Assembly (NCBI GenBank): GCA_017308135.1
Contig: JAFKFM010000006.1
Span: 1,724-65,723 of the forward strand
From: Alphaproteobacteria bacterium
GTDB lineage: Bacteria; Pseudomonadota; Alphaproteobacteria; CACIAM-22H2
Length of the DNA: 64,000 bases
Direction: 5' to 3'
A program made the translations under genes and the position numbers. Below, piece by piece: positions 34,689 through 44,238 of the stretch (position 1 is its first letter; every line of letters starts with the position of its first letter). A model generated the notes under the pieces. The model was not told the DNA's origin and searched no databases. It was given only the letters and a program-made list of their open reading frames with translations.

Positions 34689-35603
34689 TCAACCCGCCCC
34701 GCGATCGAGATCGCGGTGAAGCAGGGTCACCCGCCGGCCGCCTTGCGCGAGGCGCGCGGCGAGACGTTCGGCCACGAAGACCGAACGATGCCGGCCGCCC
34801 GTGCAACCCACGGCGACGGTGAGATAGGATTTGCCCTCCGCCTCGAAGCGCGGCAGCAGGGCGAGGATCATGTCCGAGAGTCCGTCGAAAAACGCGGGGA
34901 AGCCCGGGTCGCGCTCGACGAATTGCGCGACCGCCGCATCCTTGCCCGACAAGGGCTTCAGATCCGGCCGGTAATGGGGGTTCGACAGGAAGCGCACGTC
35001 GAAGACGAGGTCGGCTTCGCGCGGCAAACCGTTGCGATAGGCGAAGCTGACGACCGACAGCGCCAAACCTTGCGGCGCGTCGAGCGCGAAACCGTCCTGC
35101 ACGAGATGTTTGAGCTGGTGGGCCGATAGCGCCGTCGTGTCGATCACCTTATCCGCGCGCGCGCGCAAGGGTTCGAGCAGGCGGCGTTCGGCCTTGATGC
35201 CGTCGGCCAGCGGCCGGTCGGCGGCGAGCGGATGGCGACGGCGCGTTTCGGTGAAACGGCGCGCCAGCGTCTCGTCCTCGCAATCGAGATAGAGCAAACG
35301 CGCGGCGAGGCTTTTTTCCGCGACCAAGCGATCGACGGCCGCGACGAAGGCGGGCACGTCGAAATCGCGGGTGCGCGCATCCACGCCGATCGCCAGCGGC
35401 CGCGCCTTGGGATCGCTCGCGTCGGGCAGCACCAGATTGGCGAGCAGCGTCAGCGGCAGATTATCGACCGCCTCGTAGCCCTGATCCTCCAGCGCGCGCA
35501 AAGCGGTGGAGCGCCCCGCTCCCGATAACCCCGTCACCAGCACCACGCGGCGCTGCGCCGGGGCACGGTCGGTGTCGTTGGAGGCGGAAAGGGCGACGGC
35601 CAT
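34689..35603 (-). CDS. rapZ: RNase adapter protein RapZ (YhbJ, P-loop NTPase)
   Basis: Walker A VLVTGLSGAGRSTAL; 304 aa. Confidence 0.85.
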   Translation of the reverse strand: MAVALSASNDTDRAPAQRRVVLVTGLSGAGRSTALRALEDQGYEAVDNLPLTLLANLVLPDASDPKARPLAIGVDARTRDFDVPAFVAAVDRLVAEKSLAARLLYLDCEDETLARRFTETRRRHPLAADRPLADGIKAERRLLEPLRARADKVIDTTALSAHQLKHLVQDGFALDAPQGLALSVVSFAYRNGLPREADLVFDVRFLSNPHYRPDLKPLSGKDAAVAQFVERDPGFPAFFDGLSDMILALLPRFEAEGKSYLTVAVGCTGGRHRSVFVAERLAARLAQGGRRVTLLHRDLDRGAG

Positions 35604-35614
35604 GGGATGGATGC

Positions 35615-36064
35615 TCAGACGGCGAACAACGTGCCGGCGGCGGCTTGCTTCGCCGCGACCGCGACCTTGGCGGCAGCCGAAATCTCAAACGGGTCGAGGG
35701 CGAGCAGCGGCACGGCCACGCCCAGATAGTCGCGCGTGCGGGCGGAAGGCAGGCGTTCGACCTTGTCGCGCCCGACCAGATCGATCGCGAGGCCGATTTT
35801 GGCCGATGCTTCGGTTTCGACGCGCACGATACCCACACCCCGTACTTCCAAAAGCCCCTGGATCGACCGGGGGCATCGCGCCACCAGATCGCCGTCCTCG
35901 CGCGTCAGATCGACGCGGTCATCCGCTATCAAACGCGCTTCTGTTTGGATCATCCTTAAAGCCAGGTCGGATTTCCCGCTGCCCGATGCACCGCACAATA
36001 AAACGCCGATCCCGGCGACTTGGACACAGCTCGCGTGCAGTTGAAGGGTCGAGGCCGTTGGCAC
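35615..36064 (-). CDS. hprK: HPr kinase/phosphorylase, short alphaproteobacterial form lacking the N-terminal domain
   Basis: P-loop GVLLCGASGSGKS and LLEVRGVGI. The track ORF extends to 36151, but third-codon-position GC drops there and homologs start about 9 aa before LHASCVQV, so the start is taken at GTG 36064. Confidence 0.75.
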   Translation of the reverse strand: MPTASTLQLHASCVQVAGIGVLLCGASGSGKSDLALRMIQTEARLIADDRVDLTREDGDLVARCPRSIQGLLEVRGVGIVRVETEASAKIGLAIDLVGRDKVERLPSARTRDYLGVAVPLLALDPFEISAAAKVAVAAKQAAAGTLFAV

Positions 36065-36230
36065 CGCAAAAAGGGTGGAGGCTTTGTAGGGGCTTGTCAA
36101 TCCGACTCGGTGCTTATGCACAGCAAATGGGCATGTCCGAACGATGGGCAAAATCGGACTGAAAAGAACTGAAATATCATTTATTACAATATATTAAGCA
36201 TCCGAAATCGGAGCTTAGCTTCGATCCGCG

Positions 36231-36244
36231 TTAACCATGGTTAA
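36231..36244. promoter_or_regulatory. Perfect 14-bp palindrome TTAACCATGGTTAA inside an AT-rich island between hprK and the divergent sensor kinase gene
   Basis: Read directly. The surrounding ~100 bp are about 33% GC, against a 68% GC background. Confidence 0.4.
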
Positions 36245-36429
36245 TCAGAAACTCGATTGCTGACCCGGGTAGAGGACGGATTCGTCCCGCCGGTCGCGCG
36301 CGCCCACGCCGCTATCCGGTCCGGGCACATTGTCGCCGTTCAGTTTTGTTTAATCCCTCCGCCACGATATTGCGGCCAAATCGAGCCGTCTTGGCGACCG
36401 CGACGGCGAGAAAATCTTTAGGAGTGGGA

Positions 36430-38355
36430 ATGCGCGCACGCGCGACCTTCGGCATCGGCTTTCGCATTGCGGCGAGCTACGCGCTGATCTTGTGCGTGCT
36501 CGCGATCGCGGGCTGGGTCGGATATGTCGGGCTTTACGACGCGCGCGGCTTGTTCGGCCAGGTCGACGCCGCCAACCGCAGCGTCATCCGCACCGCCCAA
36601 TTGAACGCCGATTTCCAGGAACTGCGCCGCCTGGTTCAGTCCCACGCCGCGCGCGGCGGCACCAGCCTGCGCGAGCGCATCATCGAACGCGCGACGATGC
36701 TGAGCGTCGATCTGGAAAAGCTGGAAGCGAACGAAACCACCCAAGGCGCCAAGGCGGCGCTCGCGCGATTGCTGCCCGAATTCGCGCGCTACCGCGAAGC
36801 CGCGCATAAGCTCGTCGAATTGCGCCACGACTACGAAGTCGCCGTGAACGGCCGGCTGGAGCCGACGGCGCTGACCGCGCGCCAGACCCTGACCGCCGCG
36901 TTCGAGGCGGCCGTCACGGCCGGCGCGCCGGTACTGGTGCGCGAATTGGGCCGCGCGCAAGACAATCTGGGCATCGCCCGGGTGCGCATCGCGCGCTTTC
37001 TGGCCGATCCCACGCAAGCCTATATGCTGCACGCGATCGAGGCGCTCGAAGCGTTGAACGAGAATTTCGCCCGCGCGCAGGAACTCGCCGACGACGACGC
37101 CGCCGCCGAAGCGCTCGCGACGGCGCATATTCCGATCGCGCCTTTGCCGCGCCTGCTGATCGAGGCGGGCGACGTGGCGCTGCGCATCGAAGCGCTGCTG
37201 CGCGTGGGCGAACAGGATCTGGCCGATACGATCGGTCAGAATCTGGATCAGCTTTTCCTGAACGAAGTCGACGCGTCGCAAGCCACCAGCGACGCGGCCG
37301 GCGCCACCGTCACCGGCACGGCGACGACGATCGCCCTTATCTCGTTCGCGGCCTTGCTGGCGGGGTTGCTGGTGGCCTTCCTGGTCGCGCGCAACATCAC
37401 GCGCCCCTTGGCCGAGATGACGACGGCGATGCGCCGCTTGGCCGGCGACGAAATCGACGTGACGATTCCGGCCCGGCATCGGCGCGACGAAATCGGGCAG
37501 ATGGCGCAAGCGGTCGAAGTGTTCCGCGACAACGCGTATCGCGTGCGCAAGATGGCGGCCGAACGCGATGCGCTGGAAACGCAAGCCGCGGAGGACCGGC
37601 GCGCGGCGATGGCGCAATTGCGCGACGCGTTGAACCGCGCGGAAAGCGCCGACCGCGCCAAGGGCGCCTTCCTAGGCCGCATGAGCCACGAATTGCGCAC
37701 GCCGCTCAACGCCATCATCGGCTTCGCCGAGCTGATGACCCACAAAGTGATGGGACCGATCCCCGATATCTATGCGAGCTACGCGCGCGACATTATCGAC
37801 AGCGGACGGCATTTGCTGGCGCTGGTCGAACGCGTGCTGGAGGTTTCGCGCCTGGGCGGTGCGGCGCGCGCCCTCGAAGCGACATCGGTCGATCTCGATC
37901 TTCTGCGGCGCGACGCCGTGCGCCTGGCCGCCAAGGATATCGCCAAGGCCGAAGCGACGGTCGAGATGACCGGCGCATCGATCCCCGCGATCGGCGATCC
38001 GGTCGCGATCCGGCAAATTCTGGTCAATCTGGTCGCCAACGCCGCACGCCACGGCAAGCACGGCGGCCTGATCACGATCGATTTGAGCGGGGGCCAAAAC
38101 GGCCAAGCCCAGATCGCCGTGCTCAACGACGGCAAGCCGGTCGACGAGGCGATTCTGCGCGCCATCGGCACGCCGTTTATCGGCGGCGGTAGATCGGAAA
38201 TCGCGGGCGGCGGGGCCGGTCTCGGCCTGGCGATCTCGGTCGAGCTTGCGCGCCTGATGGGCGGCACGCTGACGCTTTCGAACACGCCCACGGGCGTGTG
38301 CGCGGAACTGGCCCTGCCCCTCTCGCAGGAACGGCCTTTGCCCGCCGTCGCTTAG
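36430..38355 (+). CDS. Sensor histidine kinase (2 TM with helical periplasmic sensor, HAMP, HisKA, HATPase_c); no cognate regulator adjacent
   Basis: GGAGTGGG RBS before ATG 36430. H-box LGRMSHELRTPLNAIIGFAELM. The HAMP domain is nearly identical in pattern to that of the 28126 hybrid kinase (IGQMAQAVEVFRD versus IGRMARATEVFRQ). Confidence 0.85.
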   Translation: MRARATFGIGFRIAASYALILCVLAIAGWVGYVGLYDARGLFGQVDAANRSVIRTAQLNADFQELRRLVQSHAARGGTSLRERIIERATMLSVDLEKLEANETTQGAKAALARLLPEFARYREAAHKLVELRHDYEVAVNGRLEPTALTARQTLTAAFEAAVTAGAPVLVRELGRAQDNLGIARVRIARFLADPTQAYMLHAIEALEALNENFARAQELADDDAAAEALATAHIPIAPLPRLLIEAGDVALRIEALLRVGEQDLADTIGQNLDQLFLNEVDASQATSDAAGATVTGTATTIALISFAALLAGLLVAFLVARNITRPLAEMTTAMRRLAGDEIDVTIPARHRRDEIGQMAQAVEVFRDNAYRVRKMAAERDALETQAAEDRRAAMAQLRDALNRAESADRAKGAFLGRMSHELRTPLNAIIGFAELMTHKVMGPIPDIYASYARDIIDSGRHLLALVERVLEVSRLGGAARALEATSVDLDLLRRDAVRLAAKDIAKAEATVEMTGASIPAIGDPVAIRQILVNLVANAARHGKHGGLITIDLSGGQNGQAQIAVLNDGKPVDEAILRAIGTPFIGGGRSEIAGGGAGLGLAISVELARLMGGTLTLSNTPTGVCAELALPLSQERPLPAVA

Positions 38356-40013
38356 GCGACCGGCAATCTGATCGTGAAGCGTGCACCCTGCTTGTCGAGG
38401 CGGTTCGACGCCGCGATCGTGCCGCCATGCGCTTCGACGATCTGGCGCGAAATCGACAGGCCGAGCCCCGAATGGGTGCCGAATTTCTCGTTCGCCGGAC
38501 GCTCCGAATAGAAGCGATCGAAGATCGCTTCCAGCTTGTCCTCGGGAATGCCGGGGCCTTCGTCGTCGATGCGCACGACGATCCAGGCGCGATCGCGCGA
38601 TACGCTCACGCGGATATCGGCCCCCGGCGGCGAGAAGGATTGCGCGTTGCCGATGACGTTGCGGAAAACCTGCGTCAAACGATCGGCCACGCCCGACACG
38701 AACAACCCGCCGCCCGCCGGCCCTTCGTAGACGGGCTTGGCCTGGCCTTCCTTGGCGACGGCGGCGAGCGCGTCGCACAGACCTTCGAGCAACGCGGCGA
38801 CATCGAGCGTTTCGGCGTCGGCGCGCGACAATTCCGCGTCGAGGCGCGACGCGCCCGAAATATCGGTGATCAGGCGATCGAGGCGCTGCACGTCGTCGAG
38901 CACGATCGCCATCAGCTTTTCGCGCACCGCCGGATCGGGCACGCGCGCCGCCGTTTCGACGGCCGATTTGAGCGAGGTCAGCGGGTTCTTGAGCTCGTGC
39001 GCCACGTCGGCCGCGAAACGGTCGATCGAATCGAGACGGCGCGCGAGCGCTTCGGTCATCGCGCGCAGGCTGGCCGACAAATCGCCGATCTCGTCGCCGC
39101 GTTTGGAAAGATCGGGAATGGCGGTGGCGAGCGCCAGCCCCGCCCCCAGCGTGCCGCCGATCCCCTGGCCGCCGATCGATGTGCGCCCGCCCAAGCGCAC
39201 GCGTTCGGCCGCGCGCGCGAGGCGGCGGATCGGGCGCGCGATCGTGCCCGCGAGATAAAGCGAGATCAGCACCGTGATCGCCAGCACGCCGGCGGTCAGG
39301 TGCAGAATGTCGCGGCGCACGGCGCGCAGACTGTTCTCGACGTTGAGCCCGTCGCTGGTGAGCTGCAAGGCACCCAGCACCTGGCGGAAGCGCTGCACGG
39401 GCACGGCGACCGAAATCGACAAATGCCCGCCGCCGTCGCGCCGTATGGCGGAGCCCGTCTCACCGCCCAGCGCCGCCACGGCTTCCTCGTAATCGCGCGC
39501 ACTGGTCTGGGCGCGCTCGCGATACAGCGGCAGGTCCAGCTCCGCCGGGCCGATGCCGCCGGTCAATAGATCGATCGCGGCGTCGAGCGCGAGCTGAAGA
39601 ACGTTGGGCGGCGTGCCGGGCGGCAGCAGAATGTCGATATCGACCGAGAACGAGCCCGAGCCGAGCGAGCGCGTATCGGCCAGCAACGTGCCGTCGTAAT
39701 CGTAAAGCCGCGCGCGCAGGCGGGCGGGTTCCACCAGACGGCGCAGCACCTGGCGCGACGCGTCGGGCGCCAAGCGATCGTCGGCTTCCTCGTCGTCCGA
39801 TTCCGCGATCGACACCGCCGCTTCGCCCAACGCCGCCGCGATGATCCGGCCTTGCGTGGTCAGCGATTCCATTTCCGCCGCGATCAGGCCGCGGCGGAAA
39901 TCGTCGAGATAAAGCACGCTCGCCGCCAGCAGCAGCAGCGGGACCATGTTCAGAAAAAGGATCCGCCGCGTCAGCGGCGAGAAGCGCCGGCGCGGCCCGG
40001 GACGAGCGGCCAT
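38352..40013 (-). CDS. chvG: ChvG/ExoS/BvrS-family sensor histidine kinase
   Basis: 2 TM with periplasmic domain, HAMP, H-box VAHELKNPLTSLKSAVE and G-box GLGLSISRQIVEAHGG. Located directly downstream of chvI. Confidence 0.85.
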   Translation of the reverse strand: MAARPGPRRRFSPLTRRILFLNMVPLLLLAASVLYLDDFRRGLIAAEMESLTTQGRIIAAALGEAAVSIAESDDEEADDRLAPDASRQVLRRLVEPARLRARLYDYDGTLLADTRSLGSGSFSVDIDILLPPGTPPNVLQLALDAAIDLLTGGIGPAELDLPLYRERAQTSARDYEEAVAALGGETGSAIRRDGGGHLSISVAVPVQRFRQVLGALQLTSDGLNVENSLRAVRRDILHLTAGVLAITVLISLYLAGTIARPIRRLARAAERVRLGGRTSIGGQGIGGTLGAGLALATAIPDLSKRGDEIGDLSASLRAMTEALARRLDSIDRFAADVAHELKNPLTSLKSAVETAARVPDPAVREKLMAIVLDDVQRLDRLITDISGASRLDAELSRADAETLDVAALLEGLCDALAAVAKEGQAKPVYEGPAGGGLFVSGVADRLTQVFRNVIGNAQSFSPPGADIRVSVSRDRAWIVVRIDDEGPGIPEDKLEAIFDRFYSERPANEKFGTHSGLGLSISRQIVEAHGGTIAASNRLDKQGARFTIRLPVA

Positions 40014-40036
40014 GTCGACGCGATACTAGCGGGGGT

Positions 40037-40810
40037 TTACTTCTCTTTGTAGCGATAGCCGAGACCGTACAGCGTCTCGATCTGCGAGAATTCCGGATCG
40101 ACCGATTTGAACTTCTTGCGCAGGCGCTTCACATGGCTGTCGATCGTGCGATCGTCCACGTAGATCGACTCGCCATAGGCGAGATCCATCAACTGGTCGC
40201 GGCTTTTGACCATGCCGGGGCGCTGGGCCAGCGCCTTCAGCAGCATGAATTCCGTCACGGTCAGCGTGACCGGCGTGCCCTTCCATTCGCAGGCATGGCG
40301 CTCGACGTCGAGCGTCAGGTCGCCGCGCAGCATCGGCGGTTCGGCCGCCGCACCCGAGGCGGGGCCGGTCACGCCCTGGATCAGATCGCGCCGGCGCAGC
40401 AGCGCGCGGATGCGTTCGACAAGCAGACGTTGCGAGAACGGCTTGGTGATGTAGTCGTCGGCCCCCATGCGCAGACCCATCACCTGATCGACCTCGTCGT
40501 CCTTCGACGTCAGGAAGATGACGGGCATCGCGGATTTCTCGCGGATGCGCTCGAGCAGCGTCATCCCGTCCATGCGCGGCATCTTGATGTCCAGCACGGC
40601 GAGATCGGCGGGATCGGCCCCCAGCGATTTCAGCGCTTCGACGCCGTCGGAGAAGGCGCGGACTTTGAAGCCCTCGGCCTCCAACAGCACCGTGACGGAG
40701 GTCAGGATGTTGCGGTCGTCGTCGACCAGAACGATGGTGCGTTGGCCCGTGGCGGCGTTCATCGGCAATTCGGTCGGGAGGTTGGCGGTTTCGAAGATCG
40801 AGAGGGACAT
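40037..40810 (-). CDS. chvI: ChvI/BvrR-family OmpR-type response regulator
   Basis: [15 protein letters not shown]...[11 protein letters not shown] followed by a winged-helix C-terminus. The start is at MSLSIF (GGAAGG RBS) or at the internal MNAATGQ (40762). Confidence 0.85.
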   Translation of the reverse strand: MSLSIFETANLPTELPMNAATGQRTIVLVDDDRNILTSVTVLLEAEGFKVRAFSDGVEALKSLGADPADLAVLDIKMPRMDGMTLLERIREKSAMPVIFLTSKDDEVDQVMGLRMGADDYITKPFSQRLLVERIRALLRRRDLIQGVTGPASGAAAEPPMLRGDLTLDVERHACEWKGTPVTLTVTEFMLLKALAQRPGMVKSRDQLMDLAYGESIYVDDRTIDSHVKRLRKKFKSVDPEFSQIETLYGLGYRYKEK

Positions 40811-40932
40811 GTTTTCGGGCCTTCCGCTGCCAATGGTCAAGCTCGATGGGACGTTGCGCCGCGAACATGGCGGAAAATTGACTTCCGCTTGCTCTTTTCC
40901 GGGCGCGTAAGACGCGGCAAAATCACCGGCAA

Positions 40933-41676
40933 ATGACCGAAAACACGCCCCAAACGACCGAAGATTTCCTTGCTGCGGCGCGACATCTGGTCCGCAGCCG
41001 CGATAAAGCGGTCCTCGCCACGCTCGCCCGGCCCGACACCGCCGAAGCGGGTGCCCCCTATGCGAGCTTGGTGCAGATCGCGTTCGATCACGACGGCGCC
41101 CCGCTGCTGCTGATTTCGGGCCTCGCCGACCACACCAAAAACCTGCTGAAAGACGGGCGCGTGTCGCTGCTGTTCGACGGCACGCAAGGCCGCGCGGAAC
41201 CGTTGACCGGCCCGCGTGTCAGCCTGATGGGTGTCGCCGCGCCGACGACCGAGGAACGCCATTCGCGCCGTTACCTCGCGCGGTTTCCGGCGGCGGAAAT
41301 GTACGCAAGCTTCAAGGATTTTTCGTTTTGGCGCGTGGCGCCGGGCCGCGCGCATCAAGTCGCGGGCTTCGGCAAAATCCAATGGTTCGCGGATTTCGCG
41401 ATCGAGGCGTCACAAGCGCTGATCGACGCGGAGCCCGACATCGTCGCGCATATGAACGCGGATCACGCCGACGCCGTGCAGCTTTACGCCACACTCGCGG
41501 GCGAAAGCGGCGATGGCTGGGTGATGACCGGAATCGATCCGGAAGGGGCGGATATCCGCCGTCCCGAAACCGGCACCGCCGCGCGAGTCAAGTTCGACAA
41601 GCGCGTGACCGACGCCGAAACGGCACGCGTCGAACTCGTGCGCTTGGTCAAGCGCGCGCGGTCAGATACGGCTTGA
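40933..41676 (+). CDS. Pyridoxamine 5'-phosphate oxidase-like FMN-binding protein with DUF2470 (HugZ-like)
   Basis: Split-barrel PNPOx-like N-terminal half and a DUF2470-like C-terminal half ([26 protein letters not shown]). Confidence 0.65.
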   Translation: MTENTPQTTEDFLAAARHLVRSRDKAVLATLARPDTAEAGAPYASLVQIAFDHDGAPLLLISGLADHTKNLLKDGRVSLLFDGTQGRAEPLTGPRVSLMGVAAPTTEERHSRRYLARFPAAEMYASFKDFSFWRVAPGRAHQVAGFGKIQWFADFAIEASQALIDAEPDIVAHMNADHADAVQLYATLAGESGDGWVMTGIDPEGADIRRPETGTAARVKFDKRVTDAETARVELVRLVKRARSDTA

Positions 41677-42436
41677 TCCAGCCGAGCCCTTCGCGCGTGG
41701 CCGTGCGCGGCTTGTATTCGCAGCCGATCCAGCCCGCATAGCCGCTGCGGTCGATCAGATCGAACAGGAACGGATACGCGATCTCGCCCGTATCGGGCTC
41801 GTTGCGCCCCGGCACGCCGGCGATCTGGATATGGACGATATTGGCCTTGCCTGCTTCGAAGCGGCGCGCGAGCCCGCCTTCGACCATCTGGCAGTGGTAG
41901 AAATCCATCTGCACGCCGAGATTGGCGGCACCCACTTCCGCGACGATCGCGTGCGCCTGATCCTGGCGATTCAAGAAATAGCCCGGCATGTCGATCGGGT
42001 TGATCGGCTCGATCGCCAAGCGCAAACCCGCCGCCGCCGCTTGCTTGGCCGCGAGTTTGAGATTGGCGACATAGGTCGCGTGGCAGCGTTGGATATCGAC
42101 ACCCGCCGGCGCATAGCCCGACATGATATGGACGAGCGGCGATTTCAACGCTTGCGCGTATTCGAAGGCGACGGGCAGCGTCGCGGCGAATTCGGCCTCG
42201 CGCCCCGGCAACGCGGCCAAGCCGCGCTCGCCGCCATCCCAATCGCCCGCCGGGCCATTGACCAGCGCCACATGCAGCTTCGCCGCTTGGACGGCGGCCG
42301 CGAGTTTCGCCGCCGGTTGCACGTAAGGGCGCAGAAGTTCGATGCCCGCGAAGCCGTCTTGCGCAGCGGCGGCGATGCGATCGATCAGTGGAAGATCGGT
42401 GTAGAGCCAGTCGAGATTGGCGGAGAAACGCGGCAT
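41648..42436 (-). CDS. hyi: Hydroxypyruvate isomerase (xylose-isomerase-like TIM barrel)
   Basis: MPRFSANLDWLYTDLPLIDRIAAAAQDGFAGIEL...; 262 aa. Confidence 0.85.
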   Translation of the reverse strand: MPRFSANLDWLYTDLPLIDRIAAAAQDGFAGIELLRPYVQPAAKLAAAVQAAKLHVALVNGPAGDWDGGERGLAALPGREAEFAATLPVAFEYAQALKSPLVHIMSGYAPAGVDIQRCHATYVANLKLAAKQAAAAGLRLAIEPINPIDMPGYFLNRQDQAHAIVAEVGAANLGVQMDFYHCQMVEGGLARRFEAGKANIVHIQIAGVPGRNEPDTGEIAYPFLFDLIDRSGYAGWIGCEYKPRTATREGLGWIKPYLTARA

Positions 42437-42494
42437 GGCGATGCGGCCTTCAAAAATCGACGCCGCACGCCGCGTTCATCGCGGCGGGAAAAGC

Positions 42495-42518
42495 GCCCGG
42501 GATCCTTCGATCCCGGGC
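42495..42518 (-). terminator. Terminator hairpin downstream of the RHH gene
   Basis: gcccgggatc-cttc-gatcccgggc: a 10-bp stem followed on the minus strand by TTTTC. Confidence 0.5.
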
Positions 42519-42540
42519 AGCTTAGCAGGGATTCGCCGGA

Positions 42541-42852
42541 CTATTCAGCCGCGGCGAGCAACGCCAGCGCGGTACCGCGACGGCCCCGGCCGCGCACCGC
42601 GCGACCGACGAAATATTCGAGCAAGGCGACGCGCAGGGCCGACGACCGCGCGCGCGGACGATCGAACACGCCGCGCACTTGCGCCCATTCGGCGGGCGAT
42701 TGGCCTTCGAGCTTGGCCGCGTCCTGCAACGCGCGCCAGAAAGAGGGTTCGAGACGCACGGAAGTACGGCGATCGGAATCGACGCGGAAGGTGCGCGGAC
42801 GATTGGCGGTGATCGGCGGTTGTCGGCGCTTAGTGGAACGCGAAACGGGCAT
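42541..42852 (-). CDS. Ribbon-helix-helix (RHH_4-like) small DNA-binding protein
   Basis: TSVRLEPSFWRALQDAAKLEGQSPAEWAQV is the pattern of the alphaproteobacterial RHH family. The start is taken at MPVSRST. Confidence 0.55.
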   Translation of the reverse strand: MPVSRSTKRRQPPITANRPRTFRVDSDRRTSVRLEPSFWRALQDAAKLEGQSPAEWAQVRGVFDRPRARSSALRVALLEYFVGRAVRGRGRRGTALALLAAAE

Positions 42853-43071
42853 GATGTCTCCGTCGCTATGGGAAGGGTCGGACGATGGCGGAGCGGACGC
42901 TCCGCGAAGCGTCATACAGTTGTGGCGCTCATGAAGACATTAGCGCCCGGCTCGCGGACGATTCCGTCCCGGCGGTAACCCGCTTCCGTCCGCGCCTTCG
43001 TATGTATGTACGGCGAATCATACCTTTCATCGCCGCGCGCGAACCGGGCGCTTGACGCGCGCGGCACGCGA

Positions 43072-43908
43072 ATGCGAGGAAAACCCGCCGCAAACGGCCT
43101 CTTCGCGCCGGCGGCACCCGAATTGTCCCGAGACAACTTCTCGAATTCACAGGCGTCCCCTTTGCCCGAACTCGACCTCGTATTCCTTGCCGCGGCGGCG
43201 GCGGCGTTGCTCGCGGGCGGACTCGTCAAGGGGATCATCGGAATCGGTACGCCGTTAGTGGTGATCCCGGTGCTGACGATCTTCGTCGATGTGAAGCTCG
43301 CGGTGCAGCTGATGGCGCTGCCGCTGTTCCTGTCGAACGTGTTCCAGGGTTTTCGCGGGCGCGACACATTGGCCGTGATCGGTCGTTTGACGCCCACGAC
43401 CATCGGCTTGGCGGGCGGCATCGTCATCGGCGTGATGCTGGCCGGCAAACTGCCCGACGCGGTGCTGCTGGTCGTGGCGGGTGCGGCCGTGTGCGCCGGC
43501 GCCGCCGCCACCGCCCTGGCGCCCGGTTTCAAAATTCCCGCGTCGCTGGAAAAGATCGCCGGCTTCGCGGCCGGCGCGCTGGGCGGCGTGCTCGGCGGCT
43601 TGACCACATTGTTCGGGCCCGCCGTCGCGCTTTATCTGACCGGCTTGCGCCTATCGCCGGGCGATTTCGTCAAGGCGGTGTCGATTCTCTACACCGTCGG
43701 GTCGGGCAGCTTGTTCGTCGCGGTGCTGGGCGTGCAAAGCCCGGCGGGCGACACGCTGCTGCTGTCGCTCGCCGCGTGCCTGCCGCTGCTGATCGGTATG
43801 GTCGCAGGTGCGCGCATACGCGGGATGCTGCCGCAAGCGGCGTTGCGCATGTTCGTGCTCGCCGTCATTTTCGTCGGCGGCGCCAATATGATCCTGCGCG
43901 GATTTTAG
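43072..43908 (+). CDS. TauE/SafE (DUF81) family sulfite/sulfonate exporter
   Basis: Eight predicted TM helices and Gly-rich motifs (GIIGIGTPL, GALGGVLGGLT). The start is uncertain: the track ORF begins at 43006. Confidence 0.75.
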   Translation: MRGKPAANGLFAPAAPELSRDNFSNSQASPLPELDLVFLAAAAAALLAGGLVKGIIGIGTPLVVIPVLTIFVDVKLAVQLMALPLFLSNVFQGFRGRDTLAVIGRLTPTTIGLAGGIVIGVMLAGKLPDAVLLVVAGAAVCAGAAATALAPGFKIPASLEKIAGFAAGALGGVLGGLTTLFGPAVALYLTGLRLSPGDFVKAVSILYTVGSGSLFVAVLGVQSPAGDTLLLSLAACLPLLIGMVAGARIRGMLPQAALRMFVLAVIFVGGANMILRGF

Positions 43909-43910
43909 CG

Positions 43911-44222
43911 CTAAGCGATCGCCGCGGTATCGCTGCGCGATTCGCCGCGATTATCGGTCCATTTCACGTCGATCTTGTCGCCGGCGGCCCCGCCCCGAAA
44001 GCGGAACTGCAAATAGGGATTCTTGGAAATCGCCGGGCCCCATTGGGCGCTCATCACCGTATTGCCGTTATGCGTGACGGCGACTTCGCGAATGAACCAG
44101 GCGGGCACCATCTTGCCGTCGTCGCCCGGACGCTGGCCGGTTTCCATTTCGTGCGTCATCAGCACGCGCACATCGACGATACCGTCGCGGATCGTGGCGC
44201 GGATACGGGTGGGGCTGGTCAT
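43911..44222 (-). CDS. soxZ: Thiosulfate-oxidation carrier complex protein SoxZ
   Basis: RIRATIRDGIVDVRVLMTHEMETGQR...KWTDNRGE; 103 aa. A GGAGGGAG RBS lies 9 nt upstream. Confidence 0.85.
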   Translation of the reverse strand: MTSPTRIRATIRDGIVDVRVLMTHEMETGQRPGDDGKMVPAWFIREVAVTHNGNTVMSAQWGPAISKNPYLQFRFRGGAAGDKIDVKWTDNRGESRSDTAAIA

Positions 44223-44238
44223 TGGCGTCTCCCTCCGC

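Noticed and set aside
33941-34806. Long forms of the HPr (206 aa) and EIIA (191 aa) ORFs
   Set aside because: The N-terminal extensions are Arg-rich low complexity. The homologous lengths (97 and 142 aa) and the ATGA coupling support the internal starts.
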